A stretch of 52,464 nucleotides of DNA from Gammaproteobacteria bacterium RIFCSPLOWO2_12_47_11 (GCA_001801885.1 MGYU01000006.1:1-52464); one strand, 5' to 3'; positions 37,344-47,110 are shown, numbered from the stretch's first letter. Notes: generated by a model from the sequence alone, not told the origin. A program made the numbers and translations.

Positions 37344-39377
37344 ATGACCCTGAGTTTCGAAATTGCCGGTGGCCAGATTGACGGGGCACGTGACTATCAG
37401 GAAGATGCCTTTCTGATCACCCATTTGGCTGGAAACGCAGCTCTTGTTGTCGTGGCTGATGGCATGGGTGGCCATGCCGCCGGAAATGTGGCCAGCAACA
37501 TGGCGGTACAGGCATTCAATAAGTATGTTTCCAGTCATTACCCTGCCGACCACGTACACGAAGTCCTCAATGGCGCCGTATTAAAGGCCAACCATTCTAT
37601 CGCTGAAACAATCAAGGAAACGCCTGCACTGGATGGTATGGGATGTACCATGGTGGCGGCATTATTGCAGGGCAACAATATCTGGTGGGCCAGTGTGGGT
37701 GACAGCCACCTCTATCTCGTGCGCAATCGAGAGTTGAACAAGATTAATGCCGATCACAGTTATGGTGGTTTCCTGGATGCCATGTCCAAGGCTGGCACAC
37801 CGGTTGAACCGGAACCTGGTCTGGCCAGGAATATGCTGATGAGCGCCATAACGGGTGTGGATATAGCAGATATCGATTGCCCCACTTCACCTCTGCAATT
37901 AAAGCACGGGGACAGGATAATCATTTGCAGTGACGGAATGGACACACTCAGTGACGGCAAAATCATCCAGTACAGCGATTGGTCAGAATCCCCCAAGGAA
38001 TGTGTTGACGCATTGCTGAATGCAGTAGAAGAAGCAGAGTCGCCAAAACAGGACAACACTACTGTCCTGATCATCAATATTATTGATAAGGCTATCCAGG
38101 CCAGCGCCGCTGCCAAAACCGAAGAAGAAGTTGATGATGAGGACATTACTGATACTCGGGGTAACGAGAGAGCAGCTGCAAGCAAACTGGAAAAAACTGT
38201 TGAATTGACAGAGGATAGCGCCGAAGAGCCGGACGAGATTGAACTGCCTGAACTCGATGCCGAATCAGTACCGGAACCTCCTGTCCCTCCAGAGCCGGTT
38301 GTTACTCCCAAAGATGACAAAACAGGACCCAAAAAAAATACGGGCCTGATGATTGGCATTGCCGCTGCAGTCATCATCGCAGTTGGAATCGGCGGCTTCT
38401 TCATGTGGGGCAAAGAAAAAGCGCCAACTACAACCCTTGAACCGGATACCACAAGTATTACTCCTGCCGAACCTGAGGAAGAAATTGCAACCGAAGTTGA
38501 ACCGGAAGAGGTTACTGAAGAACCCTCCGTTGAAGAAATCGAACCTGCAGCAGCAGAACCAGAGCCTGCAGTGACCGCAGAAGAACCTGTCACAGAACCG
38601 GAACCAGAACCCGCACCTGTACCGGAAGCCACAGTTGTTACGAAGGAGGAAAAAGCGTTTACCGATGCCTTGAAGAGTGGTGGTAGCGGGCCTGAGATGG
38701 TGTGGATGCCGGCTGGATCATTTGAAATGGGTAGCCCAAGCAGCTCTACCAATGCCGAAGAACGGCCACGGCATTCTGTGAAGATAAAGAAATTTGCCAT
38801 CAGTAAATATGAAATCACCTTCAGCGAATATGACAAATTTGCCAAATCGACGGGGAGAAAAATCCCGGATAACATGTATATGGATCGCGCCACCACCCCG
38901 GTTATCTTCATCAGTTGGGATGATGCCTATAACTATGCCAAATGGTTAGCTGAAGAAACGGGCAAAAAGTACCGTCTGCCCAGCGAGGCGGAATGGGAAT
39001 ATGCAGCTTCAGGTGGAAAGAAAAGCACCTTCTGGTGGGGTTTCAATGAAGAGGTTGGCAAGGCCCATTGTTTTACCTGTGAAAGCCAGTTTGATCCACG
39101 CAAACCCACCAAGATAGGCAGTTTTCAGCCTAACCAGTTTGGCATCTACGATACAGCGGGTAATGTTGCCGAATGGGTACATGACTGCTGGCATGAGAAC
39201 TACAATGATGCGCCAGGTGACGGCAGTATTTGGGAAGGGGGTGATTGCACCATGCGCGCAGCACGTGGCGGATCATACATCAGTCCACAACAATCCATAC
39301 GCACAGCCAAGCGGGACAAGTTCAAATCCAACTCGGGTTATGACCATATTGGAATAAGGTTGGTACGAGAAGAATAA
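37344..39377 (+). CDS. PP2C/PPM Ser/Thr phosphatase - acidic linker - TM helix - Pro/Glu linker - FGE-sulfatase (SUMF1-like) domain fusion
   Basis: GARDYQED, VADGMGGHAAG, MGCT, VGDS, DHS, CSDG, QDNTT; TM GLMIGIAAAVIIAVGIGGFFMW; GSFEMGS, RLPSEAEWEYA, PNQFGIYD..GNVAEW, RGGS, GIRLVR. Confidence 0.88.
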   Translation: MTLSFEIAGGQIDGARDYQEDAFLITHLAGNAALVVVADGMGGHAAGNVASNMAVQAFNKYVSSHYPADHVHEVLNGAVLKANHSIAETIKETPALDGMGCTMVAALLQGNNIWWASVGDSHLYLVRNRELNKINADHSYGGFLDAMSKAGTPVEPEPGLARNMLMSAITGVDIADIDCPTSPLQLKHGDRIIICSDGMDTLSDGKIIQYSDWSESPKECVDALLNAVEEAESPKQDNTTVLIINIIDKAIQASAAAKTEEEVDDEDITDTRGNERAAASKLEKTVELTEDSAEEPDEIELPELDAESVPEPPVPPEPVVTPKDDKTGPKKNTGLMIGIAAAVIIAVGIGGFFMWGKEKAPTTTLEPDTTSITPAEPEEEIATEVEPEEVTEEPSVEEIEPAAAEPEPAVTAEEPVTEPEPEPAPVPEATVVTKEEKAFTDALKSGGSGPEMVWMPAGSFEMGSPSSSTNAEERPRHSVKIKKFAISKYEITFSEYDKFAKSTGRKIPDNMYMDRATTPVIFISWDDAYNYAKWLAEETGKKYRLPSEAEWEYAASGGKKSTFWWGFNEEVGKAHCFTCESQFDPRKPTKIGSFQPNQFGIYDTAGNVAEWVHDCWHENYNDAPGDGSIWEGGDCTMRAARGGSYISPQQSIRTAKRDKFKSNSGYDHIGIRLVREE

Positions 39378-39379
39378 AC

Positions 39380-39509
39380 TGGTGATTGGTAATTGGTGAA
39401 TAGTGATTTGTAACAAACACACCAATCATTAATCACCCGCCGCTCCTGCGCATCCTTGCGCCCGCGGCATACCGTACTTCCTGTACATAATCACCATTCA
39501 CTAATCACT
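39380..39509. repeat. Inverted arrays of TGGTGAT-like heptamers with a ~50-bp GC-rich structured insert (39439-39487)
   Basis: TGGTGAT TGGTAAT TGGTGAA TAGTGAT ... ACCAATC ATTAATC ACC [insert] TAATCAC CATTCAC TAATCAC. Confidence 0.7.
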
Positions 39510-39803
39510 TTTATTGTCGCTATGCCCTAAATCTTTCCCGGGCGCAATCACATCCCGCACCAGTTGTTTTATCTCTTTGGATTCAGGGAATCTGCCGGCA
39601 GCCTTCCTGGAAAACAATAACTTTCCATTCAGCCTGATTTCGAAGATCCCGCCCTGCCCCGGGATCAGGGCGACCTCACCCAGTTCTCCTGCAAAGGTCA
39701 TTAATAATTCCTGTGCCATCCAGCCTGCCCGGAGGATGAACCGGCACTGGGTGCAATATTCAATTTCCACACGATGGGAATTTTTCCCGGCAACCATAGT
39801 CAA
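39501..39803 (-). CDS. SelT/SelW/SelH (Rdx) family thioredoxin-like protein, Cys form
   Basis: IEYCTQC, RAGWMAQELL.TF, GGIFEI, GRFPE.KE.KQ.VRD, DLGH. Confidence 0.9.
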   Translation of the reverse strand: MTMVAGKNSHRVEIEYCTQCRFILRAGWMAQELLMTFAGELGEVALIPGQGGIFEIRLNGKLLFSRKAAGRFPESKEIKQLVRDVIAPGKDLGHSDNKSD

Positions 39804-39849
39804 TTTATGTAGTCTATAAGCTTATCTTGAATGATATGAGGGGACGAGC

Positions 39850-41542
39850 ATGAAAATGCGCCCGAATAGTATTGCTGTCCTGGTTTACGGTATTTCACTA
39901 TTACTGGCCTCCACAACCGCAAAGGCCGGCGATTCCTTTTTTTCCATCAACTTCGGTTACAGCAGCCATGGTCATTATGCCAGCCCCTACAGATATATTT
40001 ACTCACCTGCCTATTATTACAGTATACCCTCACCATTTTTCTTCGGTTATACAAGCTATTATTACCCGGTTTTCCCCTACTATTATACTCCTGTAGTCTA
40101 TTACCGGCCGGTTTTCCCATATTACAATCCCTATGCGTATCAACCATATTGGTACACGTATCGCGTAATATATCCATATTCCTATATCTACGGTTATTAT
40201 CCGTACAACAGTTATTATTCCTATTACCCGCTTAAATATTACAAGTATCAACATGATCATCACTATGATCATTTCTATGGTCACGGCAATAAACAACAGT
40301 ATGCCGGGTCATATAAAAAATATTCCCCGGGAAACAAGCGGGATGTGCTACAGAGATCAGGCAACCGTGATATTAAAACTGCAACTGTTATAGAAACTAA
40401 CAACACGCAGCAAAGAAGCGTGGAATTGGTAAAACAAAGGACCTTATTGCAACAAAGACCGGTCAATCAAAGAACAGGACGGCCTGCTGTCAGACCTTCA
40501 AGGAGCGAACAGCAAACACTCGCAGCCACTGATCCACGGTCTGTCCTGCAACGACGACAGAACAGACAGGACATGGAACGCGGCAACAACCGGAATCAAC
40601 TGACTGAACAATCAAGTCAGTCAAAACGTAACGCCAATAATGCAAGGATAGACCGCCTGATCAATCGGGACAGGAAGCCGTCACCAACGGAAATGGAAAG
40701 CTCCAACAGGCCAATTCAACAGAGACAGGCCATTAATCAACATAGTGACCGTCGCGCCCAGACCCGGGTAACCACAATAAATAAAAGAGTGATAGCACCG
40801 CCAACACAGGCAAGGCAGACTTATCAGCAACAACCCGTTCGCAGAAATTTGGACAGCCCGGGCAACGGTTCATTTCGCCAGCCACCCGCTGTGACTGTGC
40901 GCAGCAATCAAAACATCCAAAGACAGGTTGCCCGGCAACAACCTGTTCCAACTGACTGAACAATCAAGTCAGTCAAAACGTAACGCCAATAATGCAAGGA
41001 TAGACCGCCTGATCAATCGGGACAGGAAGCCGTCACCAACGGAAATGGAAAGCTCCAACAGGCCAATTCAACAGAGACAGGCCATTAATCAACATAGTGA
41101 CCGTCGCGCCCAGACCCGGGTAACCACAATAAATAAAAGAGTGATAGCACCGCCAACACAGGCAAGGCAGACTTATCAGCAACAACCCGTTCGCAGAAAT
41201 TTGGACAGCCCGGGCAACGGTTCATTTCGCCAGCCACCCGCTGTGACTGTGCGCAGCAATCAAAACATCCAAAGACAGGTTGCCCGGCAACAACCTGTTC
41301 GCAGCAATATAGAAAGGCCAGGCAATAGAAGCTCATTCCGGCAGGAACAAATCGTATCAGCACGAAACCAACAGGACGGCCAGCAGGCACGTCCTGTTGC
41401 CAGGGAAAGGGAACCCTCCACCGAAAAAACGATAAGCATGCGTGTTGGAGAGCGGAGATCTTTAAATCAGAATTACGGCTATGGCATGCAACAAAGGCAA
41501 ATGTCCCAAAGAAGTTTTGCCGGCGCCGGTAAAAGGCGCTAG
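39850..41542 (+). pseudogene. Secreted Tyr/Pro-rich plus Arg/Gln/Asn-rich low-complexity protein. As given, it is frameshifted by a 352-bp duplication (truncated ORF 39850-40959); it reads 446 aa if the duplication is collapsed
   Basis: Signal peptide ending TTAKA. Removing one 352-bp copy joins the two track ORFs into one 1341-nt frame. May be an intact gene mis-assembled. Confidence 0.65.
40597..41300 (+). repeat. Perfect tandem duplication, 2 x 352 bp (40597-40948 and 40949-41300)
   Basis: Both copies start CAACTGACTGAACAATCAAG and end CAACAACCTGTTC. No mismatch seen on manual comparison. Confidence 0.95.
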
Positions 41543-41575
41543 GCGATAATATCTCCGAAGACCTGAGGAGAGGTA

Positions 41576-42829
41576 TTATCGCTTGAGGGCGTGATCAAGC
41601 TGCATGAATTCCGGTTTTAATTTCAGTAACAAAACAAGCCCCGGCAACGCCACCAGGAAGGTTATAAAATAGAACTGAGTCCAGCCAACCCAGGCGATAA
41701 GATGCCCGGCAGGCGGGCCAACAAATACACGGCCAATCGCAGCCAGTGCCGATAATAATGCAAACTGCGTGGCGGTATAGCGGTGATTACATAATGCCAT
41801 CAGCAAGGCCACAAATGCAGCAGTCCCCATGCCACCGGCAAAATTCTCCATGCCGATGATCATCACTGCACCTGAATAACTCTTGCCATACCAGGCCAGC
41901 ACCATAAACCCCAGATTGGTCAACGCCTGTAGTAATCCAAACCACAACAAGGCATAAAAAAGTCCAATCCGGAACATCAGGACACCACCCAGCAAGGCGC
42001 CCATGATGGTCATGACCAGACCGATAAACTTATTAATTACAGCCACATCCGACACACTGAAATCCATACCGGATATAAGAAAAACTGTTGTGAGTGTACC
42101 GGCGAATGCATCACCCAGTTTATACAGCACGATAAGCAACAGGAACAACCACGCTGAATCACGCCGTAAAAACTCCATGAAAGGTTGAATCACAGCCTCG
42201 TCCAGGGTAGCAGGAGGTTTCACTTCCTTGCCGATATCCGGCCCCAGATATACGCCGATCATGCCAAACACAAACAACAGCGAAATAATCAGGAATGCCG
42301 CCTGCCAGCCGATATGATCGGCCATAATCAATACCCCGGCACCCGATACAATCAACGCTATCCGGTAAGCCGTGACAGATATACCGGCACCCATCCCGCG
42401 TTCTTTCTCAGTTAACATATCGGCACGGTACGCATCAAAGGCAACATCCTGTGACGCAGACAGAAAGGCAATGACCAGAGCCAGAATGCCCATGATGTGG
42501 ATACTCTCCCTGGGATCTGAAAATGCCATCAGAATAATCACCGTGATCAAAAGGCATTGAGAAAAGAATATCCAGCCGCGGCGCCGGTCAAAACCCGGAA
42601 GAGAATAACGATCCATCAGGGGCGCCCAGAGAAATTTCAATACATACGGTATCTGTACCAATGTAAACAGGCCGATGGTCTTGATATCGATATCTATGCT
42701 CGCCATCCATGCCTGCAAGGTACTGGTTGAAAGCGACAACGGTAGCCCGGATGAAAATGCGAGCAGAAACATGACCGACATGCGGCGGTTAAAAACCAGA
42801 CTGCTGTGACCTTGCGGGAATAATTGCAT
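41576..42829 (-). CDS. ampG: Muropeptide MFS transporter AmpG
   Basis: FSSGLP, PYVLKFLWAP.MDR, RRRGW, SASQDVAFDAYR, LYKLGDA, ENFAGGMGT, ATQFALLS. Confidence 0.93.
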   Translation of the reverse strand: MQLFPQGHSSLVFNRRMSVMFLLAFSSGLPLSLSTSTLQAWMASIDIDIKTIGLFTLVQIPYVLKFLWAPLMDRYSLPGFDRRRGWIFFSQCLLITVIILMAFSDPRESIHIMGILALVIAFLSASQDVAFDAYRADMLTEKERGMGAGISVTAYRIALIVSGAGVLIMADHIGWQAAFLIISLLFVFGMIGVYLGPDIGKEVKPPATLDEAVIQPFMEFLRRDSAWLFLLLIVLYKLGDAFAGTLTTVFLISGMDFSVSDVAVINKFIGLVMTIMGALLGGVLMFRIGLFYALLWFGLLQALTNLGFMVLAWYGKSYSGAVMIIGMENFAGGMGTAAFVALLMALCNHRYTATQFALLSALAAIGRVFVGPPAGHLIAWVGWTQFYFITFLVALPGLVLLLKLKPEFMQLDHALKR

Positions 42830-42876
42830 CAGAGATTTTTATTCACGAATGATTTTTTACAGGCTACGATACTGTT

Positions 42877-43344
42877 ATGGCAAAAGAAATAGAAAGAAAA
42901 TTTTTAGTTGTTAACGATAACTGGCGTAATGATGTAACAGACAGCATTCATTACATTCAGGGTTATTTCACCACAAATAAATCCTGTTCTATACGTGTCC
43001 GTGTGTCAGGTGCGGAGGCCAGCCTGAATATCAAAAGTGCCACACTCGGTATAACCCGGACCGAATATGAATACCCCATCCCTTCCCAAGATGCAAAAGA
43101 GATGCTGGAAAACCTGTGCAACAAACCTCTGCTCGAAAAAACACGCTACCATATACAACATCACAATCATCTGTGGGAGGTTGACGTCTTCTCCGGAGAT
43201 AATGAGGGACTGGTCGTGGCCGAAATCGAACTCCAATCAGTTGACGAACCATTCAGTAATCCAGATTGGTTAGGTGCAGAAGTTTCGGGTGATCCACGTT
43301 ACTACAATGTCTGCCTGGTTGAGCATCCTTACAAGAACTGGTAA
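42877..43344 (+). CDS. CYTH domain protein (inorganic triphosphatase / CyaB-like)
   Basis: EIERKFL, IQGY, RVR, EYEY, KTRY, WEVD.F...N.GL.VAEIEL, W.G.EV..D.RYYN. Confidence 0.92.
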   Translation: MAKEIERKFLVVNDNWRNDVTDSIHYIQGYFTTNKSCSIRVRVSGAEASLNIKSATLGITRTEYEYPIPSQDAKEMLENLCNKPLLEKTRYHIQHHNHLWEVDVFSGDNEGLVVAEIELQSVDEPFSNPDWLGAEVSGDPRYYNVCLVEHPYKNW

Positions 43345-43359
43345 CTCTGTAGTCCCTGC

Positions 43360-44976
43360 TTATATGAACAGTTTGGCGGCGCTCTTCAACGTCTGCCAGA
43401 TGCCCCATGACAGCGGGATACCGACCAGGGTCCAGAAAATTACCACCAGAGGCAGACTTGCAGGATTGGCATGCCAGGACAAGGGACCCTTCTGCGCCAG
43501 CTTTTCATGGGCGAGTTTACGTTCCTTTTCCAGATCGGCTTCGGACATATAGTGTTTTTCAGCCACGGGCCTTACCAGCAGATTGCACAGGAATCCCAGC
43601 ACCAGCAACCCGGCCAGGATATACATGGTCGTGTTATAAGCTTGTCTGGCCGGGACACCTGCATCAAGCTGAAATTCCCGGATATAGTTCACCAGTACCG
43701 GGCCGAGAATTCCGGCAGTCGACCAGGCGGTCAGCAGGCGCCCGTGGATGGCACCCACGAAGCGGGTACCGAACATATCGGCCAGATAAGCCGGTATGGT
43801 TGAAAAGCCACCCCCGTACATAGTCAGGATGATACAGAATATAGCCACGAAAAAGACCACGCTGCCGATACTGCCGGCAAACGGTGCGGCAGAATACAGG
43901 GCGATCCCCAGGCCAAAGAAAATATAGTAGGTCAGTTTGCGTCCGATATAATCAGATAACGAAGCCCAGATAAAACGCCCGGCAATATTGAACAGACTCA
44001 GCAGTCCTGCGAATCCGGCTGCCACAGTTGCAACGGCAATACGCTGGTCTTCCGCGAGTTGATAAAGACCGCCTTCCACCCCGATCAACCCGCCGCCAAA
44101 GACCTCCTGCAGCATGGGCGAGGCCATGCCGATGACGCCGATGCCGGCGCTGACATTCAGGGTCAGGATGCCCCATAACAGCCAGAATTGCGGGGTTTTG
44201 TGTGCTTCATTCAGATGCACGTGACGGGTGGTAATCATGGTGTTGTTGTTTGCCGGTGCTGTCCAGCCCTCCGGTTTCCAGCCGTCCGGTGCCACCCGGT
44301 AGCCAAAAGCACCACACAACATGGCAATGAAATAGATGATGCCCATGGTCGTGAATGTCTCCCACACCCCCACTGATGCCGGTGTTGCGTAGAAATTCAT
44401 CAGCCTGTCGGCCAGTGGTGCACCGATCATGGCCCCGCCGCCGAAACCCATGATGGCCATGCCGGTGGCCATACCGCGCCGGTCCGGAAACCATTTAATC
44501 AGGGTCGACACTGGAGAGATATAACCCAGACCCAGGCCTATGCCACCGATCACGCCCGAACCCAGCCACAACATCCAGATCTGGTGGAAATAGACACCTG
44601 CTGCGGAAATCAACAGGCCGCCGCCCCAGCAGAAAGCCGCCGCCACACCGGCCTTGCGTGGCCCTTCGTGCTCCAGCCAGTGCCCGAAGACCGCGGCGGA
44701 TGAACCCAGAAACACAAAGAACAGGGTATACATCCAGCCCAGCATGCTGATTTTCCAGTCACAATCGGTAGTAAGTACGCTGGCAAAGAAACCCATGTTT
44801 TCCGGACAGGCAACAGGCTCAGTAATACCGATCGCCTGGCTCAGGGGCAACCAGAACACACTGAAACCGTAGGCCATCCCGATACAGAGATGGATGGCCA
44901 GGGCGGCCGGCGGTACCAGCCAGCGATTAAACCCCGGTTTGGCGATGGTGCGTTCTTTGGATAACAATCCTGCCAT
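43360..44976 (-). CDS. OFA family (oxalate:formate antiporter-like) MFS transporter
   Basis: RWLVPPAALAIHLCIG..Y..SVF, YISPVSTLIKWFPDRRGMATG, YGGGF..IPAYLAD.FG, IHGRLLTAWS. Confidence 0.9.
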   Translation of the reverse strand: MAGLLSKERTIAKPGFNRWLVPPAALAIHLCIGMAYGFSVFWLPLSQAIGITEPVACPENMGFFASVLTTDCDWKISMLGWMYTLFFVFLGSSAAVFGHWLEHEGPRKAGVAAAFCWGGGLLISAAGVYFHQIWMLWLGSGVIGGIGLGLGYISPVSTLIKWFPDRRGMATGMAIMGFGGGAMIGAPLADRLMNFYATPASVGVWETFTTMGIIYFIAMLCGAFGYRVAPDGWKPEGWTAPANNNTMITTRHVHLNEAHKTPQFWLLWGILTLNVSAGIGVIGMASPMLQEVFGGGLIGVEGGLYQLAEDQRIAVATVAAGFAGLLSLFNIAGRFIWASLSDYIGRKLTYYIFFGLGIALYSAAPFAGSIGSVVFFVAIFCIILTMYGGGFSTIPAYLADMFGTRFVGAIHGRLLTAWSTAGILGPVLVNYIREFQLDAGVPARQAYNTTMYILAGLLVLGFLCNLLVRPVAEKHYMSEADLEKERKLAHEKLAQKGPLSWHANPASLPLVVIFWTLVGIPLSWGIWQTLKSAAKLFI

Positions 44977-45237
44977 TACGATCCCCCGAATTTATTGTTA
45001 GTTATTATCAGCAGTTATCTACGATGGTTTATACTGGCCTGTATCTTGGAGTTTTCTTTAAGCCGGAAGCATGGCGAATCAGGGCAGTTTAGTCAAATAA
45101 GCCTATAATTACGATTATTGTACAGCAACATACTGTGTCACTGTTTTGACCCACCATACAAAGGGACGTAGAATTGATAATACTGTAAATTCATATATAT
45201 CAGATACTTTTCAAATCCAACAGACTCTGATTATTAA

Positions 45238-46251
45238 ATGCCGCAAACCGCGAATTCATCTGCCGAAAGACTCATCGACCGCCATGGACGGACCGTCAAC
45301 TATGTGCGTATTTCCGTAACGGATCGTTGTGATTTCCGTTGCGTGTATTGCATGTCCGAAGACATGGAATTTGTTCCACGGGCACAACTGTTGACCCTGG
45401 AAGAGATTGCAACTATTGCCAGGGCCTTTACCGAACTGGGCGTCGATAAAATCAGAATCACCGGCGGTGAACCGCTTATCCGCCGCAACGTGATCAAGTT
45501 GTTCCGCGATATCGGCGAATTGTCCGCTCTGCGCGAACTGGTATTGTCCACCAATGGATCACAACTGGCGCATATGGCAATGGATTTGAAGCAGGCCGGC
45601 GTGAAACGTATCAACATCAGTCTGGATTCACTGAATGCTGATAAATTCCGGCGTATTACCCGCGTTGGAGATCTGAACAAGGTCATGACCGGTATTGAAA
45701 CTGCACTTCAAACTGGTTTTGAACGCATCAAGATCAATGCCGTCATCCTGAAAAACCGTAACCATGATGAAGTGACCGGTCTGGTACAGTATGCCATCGA
45801 CAAGGGCATCGACATCAGCTTTATTGAAGAGATGCCGCTCGGCATGATCGGTGATCACGATCGTACAGAGGTCTATTATTCCAGTGACGAGATTCGAAGC
45901 GATCTGGAAAAGAGTTATACGCTCATCGCCACCACGGAATCCACTGGCGGACCTTCAAAATATTTCAGAATACCTGGCACCAATACACGGGTCGGATTTA
46001 TCTCACCTCACAGTCACAATTTCTGTGATACCTGTAACCGTGTGCGCATCACCTGTGAAGGAAGATTGTTGCTCTGTCTGGGGCAGGAGCATTCGGTTGA
46101 TCTGCGGCATGTCGTACGCGGCTGGCCCGGGGATATGGAGAAACTCAAACAAACCATCAGGGATTCCATGTTGATTAAACCCAAAGGCCATGAATTTGAT
46201 CTTGATGCCAGGCCCGTTATTCTGCGACACATGAATGTCACTGGGGGCTGA
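45238..46251 (+). CDS. moaA: GTP 3',8-cyclase MoaA
   Basis: RISVTDRCDFRCVYCM, RITGGEP, FCDTCNRVR..LLLCL, C-terminal GG. Confidence 0.96.
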   Translation: MPQTANSSAERLIDRHGRTVNYVRISVTDRCDFRCVYCMSEDMEFVPRAQLLTLEEIATIARAFTELGVDKIRITGGEPLIRRNVIKLFRDIGELSALRELVLSTNGSQLAHMAMDLKQAGVKRINISLDSLNADKFRRITRVGDLNKVMTGIETALQTGFERIKINAVILKNRNHDEVTGLVQYAIDKGIDISFIEEMPLGMIGDHDRTEVYYSSDEIRSDLEKSYTLIATTESTGGPSKYFRIPGTNTRVGFISPHSHNFCDTCNRVRITCEGRLLLCLGQEHSVDLRHVVRGWPGDMEKLKQTIRDSMLIKPKGHEFDLDARPVILRHMNVTGG

Positions 46252-46252
46252 T

Positions 46253-47110
46253 ATGCCTCAGACTGTTTACCGTCCGGAAATGACTCATGCCGGACTCCCG
46301 CCGACACAGGCTGTTACCGCCGTTGATGAATACCAGAATATCCGGGATCAGCATATTGCCGACGAACGTCCACTGACGATATATCTTGACCGTTATGAAG
46401 TCGTCACCCTGATGACGCTCGGCACACAACCGGAATTGCTGACCCTGGGTTACCTGAAAAACCAGGGCCTGATAAAAAATATCGAAGATATCAAATCCAT
46501 CCAGGTGGACTGGGACGTGAATGCCTCAGTTGTCACCACCATAAGTGAAAATAATGAATGGCTGGACAAGATGAAGAACCGCACGGTCACTACCGGTTGC
46601 GGCCAGGGAACGACCTTCGGCGATATCATGGAACAACTGGAAAATATCAGACTGCAACCGATCAAGTTGAAGCAGTCCGATATTTATAAATTGCTGAAGA
46701 ACCTGAACGAGTTCAATGATGTTTACAAGTCAGCCGGGGCCGTACATGGCTGCGCCCTGTGTCATGGCACCGGGATTGTAACTTTCATGGAAGATGTGGG
46801 ACGGCATAATGCAGTTGATGCCATAGCAGGTTATATGTGGCTGGAAGGCATCCAGGGAAATGATAAATTATTCTATACCACCGGCAGATTGACCTCGGAG
46901 ATGGTCATCAAGGTCGCACAGATGGGCGTCCCCGCCCTGCTCTCCCGTTCCGGGATTACCCAGATGGGACTCAAACTTGCCAAGGATGCCGGGGTGATCA
47001 TGTTTTCACGCGCCAAAGGGCAACACTTCCTGGTCTATAACGGCGCAGAACATATTGAATTTGATACCGAATTGCCGCCGAAACTCCAGGTGGCGCACAT
47101 AAAGTCCTGA
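46253..47110 (+). CDS. fdhD: Formate dehydrogenase accessory sulfurtransferase FdhD
   Basis: ERPLTIY, TTGCGQG, GAVHGCAL, EDVGRHNAVD, TTGRLTSEMV.K; start re-called at ATG 46253. Confidence 0.92.
   Translation: MPQTVYRPEMTHAGLPPTQAVTAVDEYQNIRDQHIADERPLTIYLDRYEVVTLMTLGTQPELLTLGYLKNQGLIKNIEDIKSIQVDWDVNASVVTTISENNEWLDKMKNRTVTTGCGQGTTFGDIMEQLENIRLQPIKLKQSDIYKLLKNLNEFNDVYKSAGAVHGCALCHGTGIVTFMEDVGRHNAVDAIAGYMWLEGIQGNDKLFYTTGRLTSEMVIKVAQMGVPALLSRSGITQMGLKLAKDAGVIMFSRAKGQHFLVYNGAEHIEFDTELPPKLQVAHIKS

Noticed and set aside
37760-38911. 383-aa Ser/Gly-rich antisense ORF, and the other long overlapping track ORFs (e.g. 13085-13876, 52078-52437)
   Set aside because: Shadow frames of well-supported genes on the opposite strand, with no recognisable motifs.
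38660-39377. FGE/CLec domain as a diversity-generating retroelement target
   Set aside because: No template repeat of the 3' end and no reverse transcriptase in the window.
39501-39803. Selenoprotein recoding in the SelW-like gene
   Set aside because: The motif is CxxC encoded by Cys codons, with no in-frame TGA.
44977-45237. Moco riboswitch or ModE box upstream of moaA
   Set aside because: I could not identify the paired structure or a convincing ModE dyad by eye. An Rfam Moco RNA motif covariance search would settle it.
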